Shown here in pieces: positions 1-10,200 of a DNA stretch of 64,000 bases (position 1 is its first letter; each line of letters opens with the position of its first letter). The notes below the pieces were generated by a model that did no database searches, was not told where the DNA came from, and saw only the letters and a list, made by a program, of their open reading frames with translations. Origin of the DNA: an uncultured Verrucomicrobia subdivision 3 bacterium. Its GTDB lineage: Bacteria > Verrucomicrobiota > Verrucomicrobiia > Limisphaerales > UBA11358. The DNA lies in NCBI GenBank assembly GCA_903842235.1, contig CAIMLG010000162.1:3115-67114 (forward strand). The letters run 5' to 3'. The translations under genes and the position numbers were made by a program.

Positions 1-780
1 TCTTCCGGTTATAGCAACAACCAATGGCTTGCCGTTGATTTTGGCTCCCCTCAAAAGTTTAACCAAGTTGAACTCTTTTGGCAAACCGCCTATGGCAGTG
101 ATTACAAAATCCAAGGCACGGATAACACCAACACCTGGACTGATATTCTCCATGTCACCAATGGTCTGGGCGGAGATGAAATAAAAACTTTCCCGACCGT
201 GACCAATCGCTATGTGCGCATGTTTGGGATTCAGCGGGGAACGCAATGGGGCTTCTCATTATTTGATTTTGGCGTGTATTACGTTCCCAGCTTGCCAGCC
301 GACCCGAGCGGTTTGAGCGCGAAGCTCCTTTCTGCCAGCCAAATTCAATTGGCCTGGTTGGACAACGCCACGAATGAAGCAGGATTTGAAATTTACCGAA
401 AGCGTGGCACCAACAGCACCTACGCGTTGCTCTCGGCGGTTGGCTCAAATGTGACCAGCTTTGTGGATTCCGGTCTGGCCCCTGGAAGCCTTTACCAATA
501 CGAGGTGCGGGCGACCAATACGGATGGCGGTTCGGGCTTCACGCCTGAGATTGTTGTGACGACGCCGCCATTAATTCAGATGGGCAGTATCGGCGTGCAG
601 CCTGGTGGCTTCGGCTTTTCGGTTCAGGGTGAATCGGCCAGTGTGGTCGAAGTCTGCTCAAATGTTACTGGCGGGATCTGGGTTCCCATGCTTACCAACA
701 CGTCTCTGGCTGCCTATTATTTTAGTGATCCCAGTTGGAGCAACTATACCACCCAATTCTACCGGGTTCGCATTCCTTAG
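1..780 (+). CDS. secreted discoidin (F5/8 type C)-like + fibronectin type III domain protein, 5' end outside window
   Basis: Frame 1 is open from base 1 and continuous with listed ORF 199..780. The translation SSGYSNNQWLAVDFGSPQKFNQVELFWQTAYGSDYKIQGTDNTNTWTDI...RYVRMFGIQRGTQWGFSLFDF is a typical discoidin-domain pattern. It is followed by an FN3-like segment (LSASQIQLAWLDNATNEAGFEIYRK...YQYEVRA) and a beta-rich tail ending FYRVRIP. Confidence 0.7.
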   Translation, partial: SSGYSNNQWLAVDFGSPQKFNQVELFWQTAYGSDYKIQGTDNTNTWTDILHVTNGLGGDEIKTFPTVTNRYVRMFGIQRGTQWGFSLFDFGVYYVPSLPADPSGLSAKLLSASQIQLAWLDNATNEAGFEIYRKRGTNSTYALLSAVGSNVTSFVDSGLAPGSLYQYEVRATNTDGGSGFTPEIVVTTPPLIQMGSIGVQPGGFGFSVQGESASVVEVCSNVTGGIWVPMLTNTSLAAYYFSDPSWSNYTTQFYRVRIP

Positions 781-860
781 CGCCATTTTCTATGACGGCA
801 AGCGCCCAGCACCGAAAGCTAAAATCGTTGAAGGATGGCCACCATGTTCGCTTCGGTTGG

Positions 861-1067
861 ATGTTTTTGCTGGTTATCTTAACCATTGCCAGCCCGCTTT
901 TGGCCGCCCCAAAACCAAATATCATCTATATTTTATGCGATGATTTGGGATATAACGACCTTGGTTGCTATAGCTACCCCGGTCTTCCGCCCCCGGGCAC
1001 GCTGCCGCTGGCACCTTGGCCTCGCGGTGGATGCCATCGGCAATCTTTACATTTGCGAAACCTTTAA
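861..1067 (+). pseudogene. sulfatase N-terminal remnant (signal peptide plus catalytic-site block only)
   Basis: The ATG at 861 gives MFLLVILTIASPLLAAPKPNIIYILCDDLGYNDLGCYSYPG. This is a signal peptide plus the conserved sulfatase N-terminal block. After ~40 residues the frame turns into Pro/Arg-rich sequence and stops at 1067, whereas full sulfatases are several hundred aa long. Confidence 0.5.
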
Positions 1068-1617
1068 CCAGCGCATTCGCAAGGTGGGAGCCGATGGCGT
1101 CATCACCACCATCGTAGGCAATGGGATTGCCGGTTGCTCGGGAGATTATAATTTGGCCAACCAGACTCAGATATCATATCCGCGCGGAATTTCGTTGGAT
1201 GCCGATGGCAACCTTCTCATTGCCGATTGGGGCAATCACCGCATCCGCAAGGTGGCTGATTTGGAATACGCGAATCAGCCGAGTTTCACGGTGACGAATG
1301 TGACGGGTGATATGGTGAATGACCGGTATTCTGTGATTGTCACCAGTTCCTCCGGTAGTGTGACCAGCAGCGTGGCCAATCTGGTGGTGCAGTTGCCGCC
1401 GCTCGCGCCGACTTTCGTGGCCACCAATGGCAGCCTGCGATTCCAATGGGGCACCGTGGCCAGCCGCGTGTATCAATTGCCAAGCGCCACCAACCTAAGC
1501 GCTCCGGATTGGCAGAATGTGGGCAGCCCCGTCACGGCCACGGGCGCCACGCTCACCCTCACCAACTTCCCAGACGCCGCCGCCCAGCGCTTCTATCGCG
1601 TGCAATTGGTGCCGTAG
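886..1617 (+). CDS. NHL-repeat / Ig-like beta-sandwich protein, probably 5'-truncated
   Basis: LGLAVDAIGNLYICETFNQRIRKVGADGVITTIVGNG and ISLDADGNLLIADWGNHRIRKV are NHL repeats. There is no signal peptide. The first ~40 codons overlap the sulfatase remnant in another frame. The C-terminal tail ...RFYRVQLVP resembles that of the preceding gene. Confidence 0.55.
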   Translation: MPARFWPPQNQISSIFYAMIWDITTLVAIATPVFRPRARCRWHLGLAVDAIGNLYICETFNQRIRKVGADGVITTIVGNGIAGCSGDYNLANQTQISYPRGISLDADGNLLIADWGNHRIRKVADLEYANQPSFTVTNVTGDMVNDRYSVIVTSSSGSVTSSVANLVVQLPPLAPTFVATNGSLRFQWGTVASRVYQLPSATNLSAPDWQNVGSPVTATGATLTLTNFPDAAAQRFYRVQLVP

Positions 1618-1644
1618 CGGCGGAAGGGCGACGGGGCGGGCTTT

Positions 1645-1709
1645 CCCGTTGGAGTTCACGCTTCAGCGTGTTCCCCGTTCGGACAAGCTAAAGCTTGAAC
1701 TCCAACGGG
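1645..1709. repeat. perfect 14-bp inverted repeat enclosing 37 nt with nested short palindromes
   Basis: CCCGTTGGAGTTCA (1645-1658) is the exact reverse complement of TGAACTCCAACGGG (1696-1709). The interior contains CACGCTTCAGCGTG and AAGCTAAAGCTT. It lies in the intergenic gap between the stop at 1617 and the likely start at 1782. Confidence 0.6.
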
Positions 1710-1781
1710 GGCGCGCGGCGGGCCATAAATTTGCTGCGATCCCTGAACTCTTCGGGCAAGCTGCTGTCTCATTTTGAAATT

Positions 1782-4700
1782 ATGAGAGCACATCCCGGGT
1801 TCATTTTCCTCGCCACCCTGACGCTGGCCACCTGGGCCGCGCACGGCGGCACCAACGATTACACCGGCAGCCGCTGGGTGCCGGCGGATGTCAAAAGCGT
1901 CCTGGCCGCCGCCGCCGGCATCACCCCGGCCGCGTATCCGGACTGCGATACCGCCACGGTGGAGCAGAAAATGGTGCGCGTCTTCCGCCCGGATGGCACC
2001 GGCGAAAGCCAGGATGAAACCTTTACCAAGCTGCTGACCGAAAAAGGCCGCCGCGCCAATCGCACGCTGGATCTGGGCTACATGCTGCCCTATGCCACGG
2101 TGGAAGTGGTCAAACTGGAGGTGCTGAAACCCGACGGCACCCGCTTGCCGGTGGATGTGGCCGCCAATGCCAAGGATAGCATTGATGACAGCCAGATGGC
2201 CATGAACATCGCCGATCCCAATTGCCACGTGGTGCGCGTCAATCTGCCGCAGGTGGAAATTGGGGATGTGGTGCATGCGCTGGTCCGGCAGACGACGGCG
2301 CGGCCGTATATTCCCGGCCAATTCGCGGAGGAAAATTTGTTTGAAGGCAACGGCTTTATCCGCCATCTGAGCTATGATATCCATGCCCCGGCGGAACGGC
2401 CGCTCCAATGTCTCCGGCTGCGCGAGGCCATTCCGGGCACGGTGACCGCCACCCGCGAAACCAATGCGGATGGCAGCATCACCCACCGCTGGGAGGTGGC
2501 CAACGTGCCGCGCATGTTCGAGGAGCCCGGCATGCCGCCTTACGCCAACACCCTCCAGCGCCTGCTCGTGAGCACGCTGCCGGATTGGGGCGCGGTGTCG
2601 AAGTGGTATTGGGACCTGAGCCGGGCCCACCTCGAAGCCATTACGCCGGAGATGAAAAAGACCGTGGCCAGCCTGACGAACGGAGTTCCAACGGATATGG
2701 ATAAGATCCACGCCATTTTCTACTACGTTTCCAAGAATATCCGTTACATGGGGTTGACCCCGGAGAAAGACCGGCCCGGTTTTGAGCCCCATGATGTGAA
2801 CCTGACGTTTGAGAAAAATTATGGCGTCTGCCGCGACAAGGCTGCCCTGCTCGTGGCCCTGCTGCGCGCGGCCGGCCTGCGCGCCTGGCCGGTGTTGATC
2901 AACGTGGGCACCAAGCGCGACGCCGAGGTGCCGGATTCGTTCTTCAACCACGCTATCGTGGGCGTGGAAACCGCGCCGGGGAGCTATCTGCTGATGGATC
3001 CCACGGACGAAAACACCCGCGATTTGCTGCCGGCGTATGACTGCGACCAAAGTTATCTGGTCTGCAAACCGGCCGGCGAAAACTTGCTGACCAGCGCCGT
3101 CAAGCCGCCGGAGCAAAACCTGATGCGCGTGAGCACCACCGGCACCCTGACCGCCGGCGGCCGGCTGGAAGCCAAATCGGAGTTGTCCTTTGAGGGCTTG
3201 AATGACGACACGTATCGCAATGCCTTTGTCAAAATGAAGCCCGACGACCTGCGGCGCTTCTTTGAGCGCGATCTGAAAGCGACGCTGCCCGGCGCGAAAA
3301 TAAAATCACTCAGAATCTTCCCGGAAAACATGCTGGATATGAGTTCGAACGTCCGCGCGGAATTGGAGTTCTCGGCGGATGGACTGACGGCCAGCGGCCA
3401 TGGCAAGACCATCGTGACGATGCCGTGGATCGGCGATGGGCTGGGGGTCATCAATTTTGTGCTCCGCGATACCGGCCTGGAAAAACGCAAATACCCGCTG
3501 CAAACCGGCGCCGCCTGCGGCTTGGCGGAAACCGTCACGCTCCAGCTCGATCCCGGCTTTACCGGCGCCGTTTCCCTGCCGAACTGCACGCCGGTCAACG
3601 ACGAATGCCTGAGCCGGAGCGAAACCTTTTCCTGCACCAACGGCACGCTGACCGCAGCCCGACAGTTGATGTTGAAAACGGTCGAATTTTCCCCGGCCCA
3701 ATACCTCAAACTCAAGCAGACGCTCAAGGAAATGGAATATGACGGCCGTAAATCGCCCGTGCTGGCGGTGGCGAAAACCGCGCCGGAAGCGCCGGAATCA
3801 GCGGCGGTCACGGCGGCGGCCCCGGTCAATTCGGATGCGCAGATTCTGGAGGTGCGGAAGGACCTCGCCGTGACCGACGCGCACACGGCCGTTTTCCGCG
3901 TGAAATATGCCAAGCGCATCCTGAGCTATCAGGGCAAGAAGCGGGAAGCCGAGGTGAAGATTGATTACAACCCGGCCACCCAAGAGGCGAAGCTCCTGCG
4001 CGGAGGGGTGATTTCCAAGACCGGCGAGCGGCAGGAGATTTCTCCCGGCGAAATCAATGTCATGGACGCCGGCTGGAATGCCGCCGCCAAGCGTTACACT
4101 GGCGGGAAAATCCTGGTGGCCAACCTGCCCAACGTGGAAATCGGCTCCACCATCGAGGTGGAATTTGAAATCACCCAGACCAACCGTCCGTTTTTGGCCG
4201 GCTTCGACTCATTTCAATTGCCGGACGCCCTGACGCGCAAGGTTTTTGAACTCACCGCCCCCAAACCGCTCAAGGTGCAAACCCTGACCACCGGAGTCCG
4301 CGGCGCTGTTCAGGAATCCCGCCAGACGGAAAATGGCCGGCAAACCTTCCGCTGGTCGGCGGAAAACGTCGCCGCGCTGCCGATGGAAAGCCAGTTGCCG
4401 CCGGAATGGACGTATAATGCCGGAATCGGCTATTTCATCGGCGAGGCGAAGGACTATTACCAGACGCTCAACGCGACCCTGCTGGACCGCGCAGCGAAAA
4501 GCGCCCAAGCCGCCAAGGTCGCCCGGCAGTTGACGGCAGCCGCGACCAACCGTTTGGAGGCCCTGCAGGCCATTCGTGATTTCATTACCAAATCCATCCG
4601 CGTCGCCGGGCCGACGTTTGCGGATTTGCCGCTGACCGAGCTTTCCGCCGCCGACACCACCTTGGCCGACGGTTACGGCCATCTGGCGGACCGCGCCATC

Positions 4701-5606
4701 CTGTACCACGCCATGCTGACCGCCGCCGGGTTCAAGCCGGAGTTTGTGCTGGCGTCGGAATTACCGGCGCTCAAGGTCATCGCGACCGTCACCAAGGCCT
4801 TTCCGCTGCCGCAGAATTTCCAAACGCCGCTGGTGCGGGTCACCGTGGACGGGGAAGCCTATTATCTGAATGACACCGATCAGTATTCACAGTTGGGCAC
4901 CACGCCGCACGATGGCAAGCTGGCCATCACCGTGGCCAACCGCGTTTATCAGGAAATCCAAGCGGCGAAGAATTGCGCCAACCGCACGGAAACCCTTGCC
5001 CGGCTGACAATCGCAAATGACGGCCAGGCCCGGATTCACGTCCGCCAAAACTACTACGGCGGCGTCTATAACGGTAAAAAACGTTATTTTGCCGAGCTGC
5101 CGCCGGAGGAACGCCGCCGGTATTTTCAAGAAATCGTCTCGCAAATCTCGCAAGGCGCCCGTCCGGTGGGTGAACTGACTACCCGCTTTGACACCTATCC
5201 CGGCACCGAAGAATTTACGGTTGAGGTGGACCATTACGCCGTGCTGGATGGTAAATTTGCCTATTTTGACCTGCCGTTCGCGCCCTCGCTTTTTGCCGTC
5301 GGCGCCGACCGCCGGGTTCTACCACTGTTCATTACCCAAGGCGGCCAGACGACAGTAAGGACAGATGTTGACCTCCCACCAAATTTCCGCCGGACAGTCA
5401 TTGTGCCGGAAAGCGAAAAACTCCAAGCCCCCGGCGGCACGGCTCAGATCACTTCCAGTCAGGTAGTTAAAGGCCATTTCGTTGTCACTCGCGAACTAAA
5501 AACCCAGCCCGCCATCGTCGCTCCGAAGGATTATCCGGCCATGCTGAAAGCCGAATCAATCCTGCGGCAGAAATCCGCCCGGGTTTTCCTGCTGGAAAAG
5601 GAGTGA
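1782..5606 (+). CDS. large secreted transglutaminase-like (DUF3857/DUF3858-type) protein
   Basis: The ATG at 1782 gives the signal-peptide-like MRAHPGFIFLATLTLATWAAHG. The core KNYGVCRDKAALLVALLRAAGLRAWPVLIN...FFNHAIVGVE...LMDPTD has the Cys-His-Asp arrangement of transglutaminase-like cysteine proteases. The ORF is long and uninterrupted. Confidence 0.8.
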   Translation: MRAHPGFIFLATLTLATWAAHGGTNDYTGSRWVPADVKSVLAAAAGITPAAYPDCDTATVEQKMVRVFRPDGTGESQDETFTKLLTEKGRRANRTLDLGYMLPYATVEVVKLEVLKPDGTRLPVDVAANAKDSIDDSQMAMNIADPNCHVVRVNLPQVEIGDVVHALVRQTTARPYIPGQFAEENLFEGNGFIRHLSYDIHAPAERPLQCLRLREAIPGTVTATRETNADGSITHRWEVANVPRMFEEPGMPPYANTLQRLLVSTLPDWGAVSKWYWDLSRAHLEAITPEMKKTVASLTNGVPTDMDKIHAIFYYVSKNIRYMGLTPEKDRPGFEPHDVNLTFEKNYGVCRDKAALLVALLRAAGLRAWPVLINVGTKRDAEVPDSFFNHAIVGVETAPGSYLLMDPTDENTRDLLPAYDCDQSYLVCKPAGENLLTSAVKPPEQNLMRVSTTGTLTAGGRLEAKSELSFEGLNDDTYRNAFVKMKPDDLRRFFERDLKATLPGAKIKSLRIFPENMLDMSSNVRAELEFSADGLTASGHGKTIVTMPWIGDGLGVINFVLRDTGLEKRKYPLQTGAACGLAETVTLQLDPGFTGAVSLPNCTPVNDECLSRSETFSCTNGTLTAARQLMLKTVEFSPAQYLKLKQTLKEMEYDGRKSPVLAVAKTAPEAPESAAVTAAAPVNSDAQILEVRKDLAVTDAHTAVFRVKYAKRILSYQGKKREAEVKIDYNPATQEAKLLRGGVISKTGERQEISPGEINVMDAGWNAAAKRYTGGKILVANLPNVEIGSTIEVEFEITQTNRPFLAGFDSFQLPDALTRKVFELTAPKPLKVQTLTTGVRGAVQESRQTENGRQTFRWSAENVAALPMESQLPPEWTYNAGIGYFIGEAKDYYQTLNATLLDRAAKSAQAAKVARQLTAAATNRLEALQAIRDFITKSIRVAGPTFADLPLTELSAADTTLADGYGHLADRAILYHAMLTAAGFKPEFVLASELPALKVIATVTKAFPLPQNFQTPLVRVTVDGEAYYLNDTDQYSQLGTTPHDGKLAITVANRVYQEIQAAKNCANRTETLARLTIANDGQARIHVRQNYYGGVYNGKKRYFAELPPEERRRYFQEIVSQISQGARPVGELTTRFDTYPGTEEFTVEVDHYAVLDGKFAYFDLPFAPSLFAVGADRRVLPLFITQGGQTTVRTDVDLPPNFRRTVIVPESEKLQAPGGTAQITSSQVVKGHFVVTRELKTQPAIVAPKDYPAMLKAESILRQKSARVFLLEKE

Positions 5607-5772
5607 AGCCAGCAGCGACCTAAAACCTTCAAACAAATCGCTTTGTATAAACGTATTACAGTCGCTAATTCCATCCTGTCAGGAAGCTGTTTCCTTTGGG
5701 TTTGACGCTGTTGGGTTTTGTGGCTAGCCTCCCTAACCGTCTGACACATGGTGTGCCGGCAGTAAAATAATT

Positions 5773-5958
5773 ATGGCTGAAGGATATTGCGTCAAATGCA
5801 AGGCCAAGAAAGAAATTTCTGATGGCGTTGAAGAAACGATGAAAAATGGCCGGAAAGCCATTAAGGGCAAGTGCCCGACCTGCGGCACGGTGATGTTCAA
5901 GATTCTCGGTAAATCCGCCGTCACCACCCCACCGTCGGCCACCCCGCCGGCGCTCTGA
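5773..5958 (+). CDS. small zinc-ribbon protein (DUF5679-like)
   Basis: MAEGYCVKCKAKKEISDGVEETMKNGRKAIKGKCPTCGTVMFKILGK has two CxxC pairs with the spacing and flanks typical of the DUF5679 family. Confidence 0.65.
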   Translation: MAEGYCVKCKAKKEISDGVEETMKNGRKAIKGKCPTCGTVMFKILGKSAVTTPPSATPPAL

Positions 5959-5985
5959 TTTAGTCTTCTGATCTCCTGATTTATT

Positions 5986-7158
5986 ATGTCCCAACAGCTC
6001 GCCTACGTCATTGTCACCCCATATTCGTTGCACAAATCCCGCACCGGCGGCATTTTGAGCCGCCTGATCACGCGCACCGGACTGGATCTGGTCGGCATGC
6101 GGGTGTTCGCCCCCAGTGCTGAACTGGTGAAAGAATACGCCGAAACTATCGTTTCCGCGAATGATCCGCAGGATCGCAAGGTTCAGGAATTGCTAAAGTC
6201 CTACGTTCAGGAAAACTTGTCGCCGGACCCGAAAACCGGCCTCCGCCGCCGAGTGATGATGCTGCTCTTTCGCGGCGATGAAGCGGTCCGCAAGGTGCGC
6301 TCCGTCGTTGGCAACCTGAGCCCCAACCGGCAGGGCGGCGAAACCATCCGCGATACCTACAGCGACCTGATCGTGGACGACAACGGTAATGTCCGCTATT
6401 TCGAACCCGCCGTCCTGGCGGCACCCACCGTGGCCGAGGCGGAAAACAAATTGAAGATGTGGGCCCGCCATTCTGACCAAGACGGCGGGATTGTGGAAAA
6501 TGTCATCAATTACCCCGCCGCCGAAAAACCCGAGCGCACGCTGGTGCTCATCAAGCCGGACAACTTCCGCTTTCCCACCGGCCGCCCCGGCAACGTCATT
6601 GACTTCTTCTCCCGCGCCGGCCTTTACATTGTGGGCGCCAAGGTGCTCCGCATGAGCACGGCGCAAGCCATGGAATTCTACGGCCCGGTCCGGGAATTTC
6701 TCCGCACCAAACTCAAGGATGGCGTCAGCGCCAAGGCCAAGGAAGTGCTCGAAAAAGAATTCGGCTTCAAGATCAGCGATGCCGACCAGAAAGCGCTGGG
6801 CGAAATCCTCGGGCCGCTGCAAGGCGATTCGCAGTTTGGCAACATTGTCCGCTTCATGGCCGGCCATGCGCCGAACGAAATTCCCGAAGCGGACTGGGCC
6901 AAGCCCGGCACCGAGAAGTGCATCGCCTTGGTTTATGAGGGCGTCAATGCGGTCAGCAAAATCCGCGACGTGCTCGGACCGACCGACCCCTCCAAAGCAC
7001 CCCCCGGCAGCATCCGGCGCGAATTCGGCTCCACCATCATGGTCAACGCCGCCCACGCCAGCGATTCCGCAGACAATGCCCAGCGCGAGTTTGGGATCGT
7101 CAAACCTGGCGAGAATAACTTCAAGCAGGTGGTCGAAGAGTGCCTCGGGAAAATCTAA
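5986..7158 (+). CDS. nucleoside-diphosphate kinase family protein with tandem NDK-like domains
   Basis: The second domain shows ERTLVLIKPDNF...YIVGAKVLRMSTAQAMEFYGP...GSIRREFGSTIMVNAAHASDSADNAQREFGI, with the NDK catalytic His in an N-x-x-H-[GA]-SDS context. The N-terminal ~170 aa (LAYVIVTPYSL...) is a degenerate NDK-like repeat. Confidence 0.75.
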   Translation: MSQQLAYVIVTPYSLHKSRTGGILSRLITRTGLDLVGMRVFAPSAELVKEYAETIVSANDPQDRKVQELLKSYVQENLSPDPKTGLRRRVMMLLFRGDEAVRKVRSVVGNLSPNRQGGETIRDTYSDLIVDDNGNVRYFEPAVLAAPTVAEAENKLKMWARHSDQDGGIVENVINYPAAEKPERTLVLIKPDNFRFPTGRPGNVIDFFSRAGLYIVGAKVLRMSTAQAMEFYGPVREFLRTKLKDGVSAKAKEVLEKEFGFKISDADQKALGEILGPLQGDSQFGNIVRFMAGHAPNEIPEADWAKPGTEKCIALVYEGVNAVSKIRDVLGPTDPSKAPPGSIRREFGSTIMVNAAHASDSADNAQREFGIVKPGENNFKQVVEECLGKI

Positions 7159-7185
7159 TTTTCCAAAACCAACCCGATTTGTTTC

Positions 7186-7212
7186 AAACCCACGCCCGTC
7201 GTGGTTTTTTTT
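7186..7212 (+). terminator. putative intrinsic terminator after the NDK-like gene
   Basis: CCACG (7190-7194) / CGTGG (7200-7204) form a stem with a 5-nt loop, followed directly by a T8 run. It sits between convergent genes (stops at 7158 and 7220). The stem is short, so support is moderate. Confidence 0.45.
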
Positions 7213-7219
7213 CTTTTCC

Positions 7220-10200
7220 TCAAAGTGCCAGCAGCAGGCGCTTAATTTCCTTGAGCCGGCTCTTGGTTTCCTTTTTCGTCAGGCGCGGGAATTTGCCGCC
7301 AAATTGAAGGAAATCTCCGTGGCGGACGAGTTTCAGCTTATCTTCCTCAACTTCGATGGTGGTCACGCCCTTCTCACTCGCCAGCAGCTTGAGTTCCCCG
7401 ACAGCCAGCAGCAGCTCCACCGATGCCGGCAGCGGCCCGAAGCGGTCCCGCAGCTCTTTCTGCAAGGCCTCGATCAGCGATTTTTCGTCCACTTGCGCCA
7501 ACTTCCGATAAATCTCAATCCGATGGTGCGGCTCGGGAACGTAATTTTCCGGCAAATTGGCCGCGTTTCCAAGAAAATCCAGGGCCACGCGCACTTCGAT
7601 TCGCGGTTTGACCTTCTCGCCTTTCAGCGCCCCGACACTTTGCTTGAGCAACTGGCAGTAAAGCTCAAATCCAACGGCGGTAATATGGCCGCTTTGCTCC
7701 GCGCCAAGCAAATTACCCGCGCCGCGAATTTCCAGATCGCGCATGGCGATTTTAAAGCCGCTGCCCAGCGAGGCGTATTGCTTCATCGCGCTGATGCGTT
7801 TGCGCACATCGGTGAGCAAACGTGCGTGGCGGGGCAACAGGAGATACGCATAGGCCTGGTGCTTGTAGCGGCCGACGCGGCCACGCAACTGGTAAAGCTC
7901 GCTAAGGCCAAAGCGGTCGGCACGATCGATGATGATGGTGTTGGCATTGGGAATATCGAGGCCGCTCTCGATGATGGTGGTGGAAAGGAGCACGTCCGCC
8001 TCGCCGTTGACGAATCGCGTCATGACTTCTTCCAAGTCATCCGCATGCATTTGGCCATGGCCGACCACGATGCACGCGTCCGGAACGAGTGATTGCAACT
8101 TCGCCAGCATGGTGTCAATCGTCGTCACCCGGTTGTGCAGGAAGAAAACCTGGCCCCCGCGCTGCAGTTCGCGCTGAATTGCATCACGAATGACGCGCTC
8201 ATCGTAGGCCGTGGCAATCGTCTCCACCGGCAAGCGGTCGTGCGGCGGGGTTTGAATCGTGCTCATGTCCCGCGCCCCGGTGAGCGCCAGATAAAGCGTG
8301 CGCGGAATCGGCGTGGCGCTCAGCGTCAGCACATCCACGATGGTGCGGAGCCGCTTGAACCTTTCCTTGTGCAGCACGCCAAACCGCTGCTCCTCATCAA
8401 TCACCACCAAGCCCAGGTCTTTGAAAGCAATGTCCTCTTGCACGAGGCGATGCGTGCCGATGACAATGTCCACCGCCCCGGCGGCCAAATCCTGAATGAC
8501 TTTCGCCTGCTCCCGCCGCGTGCGAAAGCGCGACAGCAATTCCACCCGGATGGGGTAATCCGCCATGCGCTCGCGGAAATTGTTAAAATGCTGCTGGGCC
8601 AGCACGGTCGTCGGCACAAGGATGGCGACTTGCTTGCCATCCATCACCGCCTTAAACGCCGCGCGAATGGCCACCTCCGTTTTGCCAAAGCCCACGTCAC
8701 CACAAATCAACCGGTCCATCGGCTTGGGTCGTTCCTGGTCCGCCTTCGTCTCAGCGATAGCGGTGACCTGATCCGGAGTTTCCTCGTAAATAAAGGCGCT
8801 TTCAAATTCCCGCTGCCATTGCGTGTCCGGCTGGCACGGATGGCCGGGTTGGGTTTCGCGCACAGCCTGGATGCGGAGCATTTCGGCGGCGATATCGCGC
8901 ACGGCTTCTTCGGTTTGCTCCTTGGCCTTGGCCCAGCGCGTGCCGCCCAACTGGTTGAGCGGCGGATGCGCTTTGCCAGCGCCAACGTATTTGCTGACCA
9001 GATGCGCCTCGCTGACCGGCACGTAAAGCTTGGGCAGCTCTTCGCCGGCATTGGCGGGGGCATATTCGATCACCAGACATTCGGCGGCGGGTGGCGGGCT
9101 GGAAATTGGGGTTTCCGTCCCGCGCCCACCGCGTCCGGCGGGCAAATTCTTTAAGCCAAGATAGCGGCCAATGCCGTGCTGCAGATGCACCACGAGATCG
9201 CCTTCCTCTAAATCTGTGAAATCAATATCGAGGGCCGACCGGGCTGCCAGCGCGTGAACAGACTTCTGACGGCGGGGCCGCTGGATTTTATATCGTCCGA
9301 AGATTTCCGCATCGGTGACCACCACCAGTTTGGCCGCATCGCAGATGAACCCCCGGGCCAGCGAACCGAGGTGGGTCCAAAGTCCAAGGTCCAAAGGCCC
9401 AAGCGGTGTGTGCCCGGCTGACTTTGGATTTTGGACTTTTGGCTTTGGACGTTCGGCCAAACCTAGTTCATCCCAAATTTCGGTAAACCGCTGCCGTTCA
9501 CCGTCATTGTTACAAAATACATGAACGACATAATCCTGCCGCAACCAGCGGTGCAGTTGCTGGAAAAATTCCCGCCGCTGCGCCTCGGCGATTTGTGGCT
9601 CCGGCGCGCGCTCCACCAACGGACGGAAGGCATCCAGCGAGGCAAACACTGGGCCGGTGGAGCGTGCATCCGCGCGCGCCGGCGCTGGCCTGGGTCCAGG
9701 GTTCACTTGCAGCACGTCAGGAGCTTCATCCCGTTGATCCGGAACCAGTTCAACCGGCTCATTCAATTCAAGCGACGTAAAACCGCGCCGGTTTAATTCA
9801 TCCAGAAAGACCAGCCACGAAATGAAAAACGGGTCGCCGGCCGGAATTTGCTGCGCGTAGGTTTCCGCATAAACCGCAAGCGCCGCCGGATCGCCAAACA
9901 GGAAAATAGTTTCGGACGGCAGATGGTCCAGCAAGGTTGCCGGTTGCGTTGCCCCCTTCTGCTTTTGCTTCAAAACCCCCAGCTCGCCGGCGGGCGGCAG
10001 CGTAACTGACGGGATTTCCTCACGCGAAATCTGCGTCTGCGGATCGAAGAACCGCAACGATTCGAGCTCGTCGCCGAAGAACTCCAAGCGCACCGGCCAC
10101 GGGTTGGTGGGCGCAAAGAGATCCACGATCCCGCCTCGCATCGAGAGTTCACCTTTTTGGGTAACCTGCGCCTCGGGCTCGTAGCCTTGGGCTTCGAGGA

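Noticed and set aside
1695-1781. Upstream extension of the transglutaminase-like ORF (start at 1695).
   Set aside because: The extension runs through the 14-bp inverted repeat. The ATG at 1782 is followed immediately by a signal-peptide-like sequence.
1656-3116. Long antisense or alternate-frame ORFs listed in the track: 1656..3116, 6193..7056, 6719..8092, 8093..9154, 10645..11553, 10970..11842, 25131..26198, 30606..31649, 32336..33952, 39001..39933, 51446..52447, 57283..58209 and others.
   Set aside because: They overlap strongly supported genes with recognisable motifs on the other strand or frame. Their composition is Arg/Gly/Ala/Pro-rich and low-complexity, as expected of shadow ORFs in GC-rich DNA. 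None shows a recognisable motif.
5702-5730. TTGACG-17 nt-TAGCCT promoter-like match upstream of the DUF5679 gene.
   Set aside because: The -10 element is weak and the consensus for this phylum is uncertain. It is noted but not reported as a feature.
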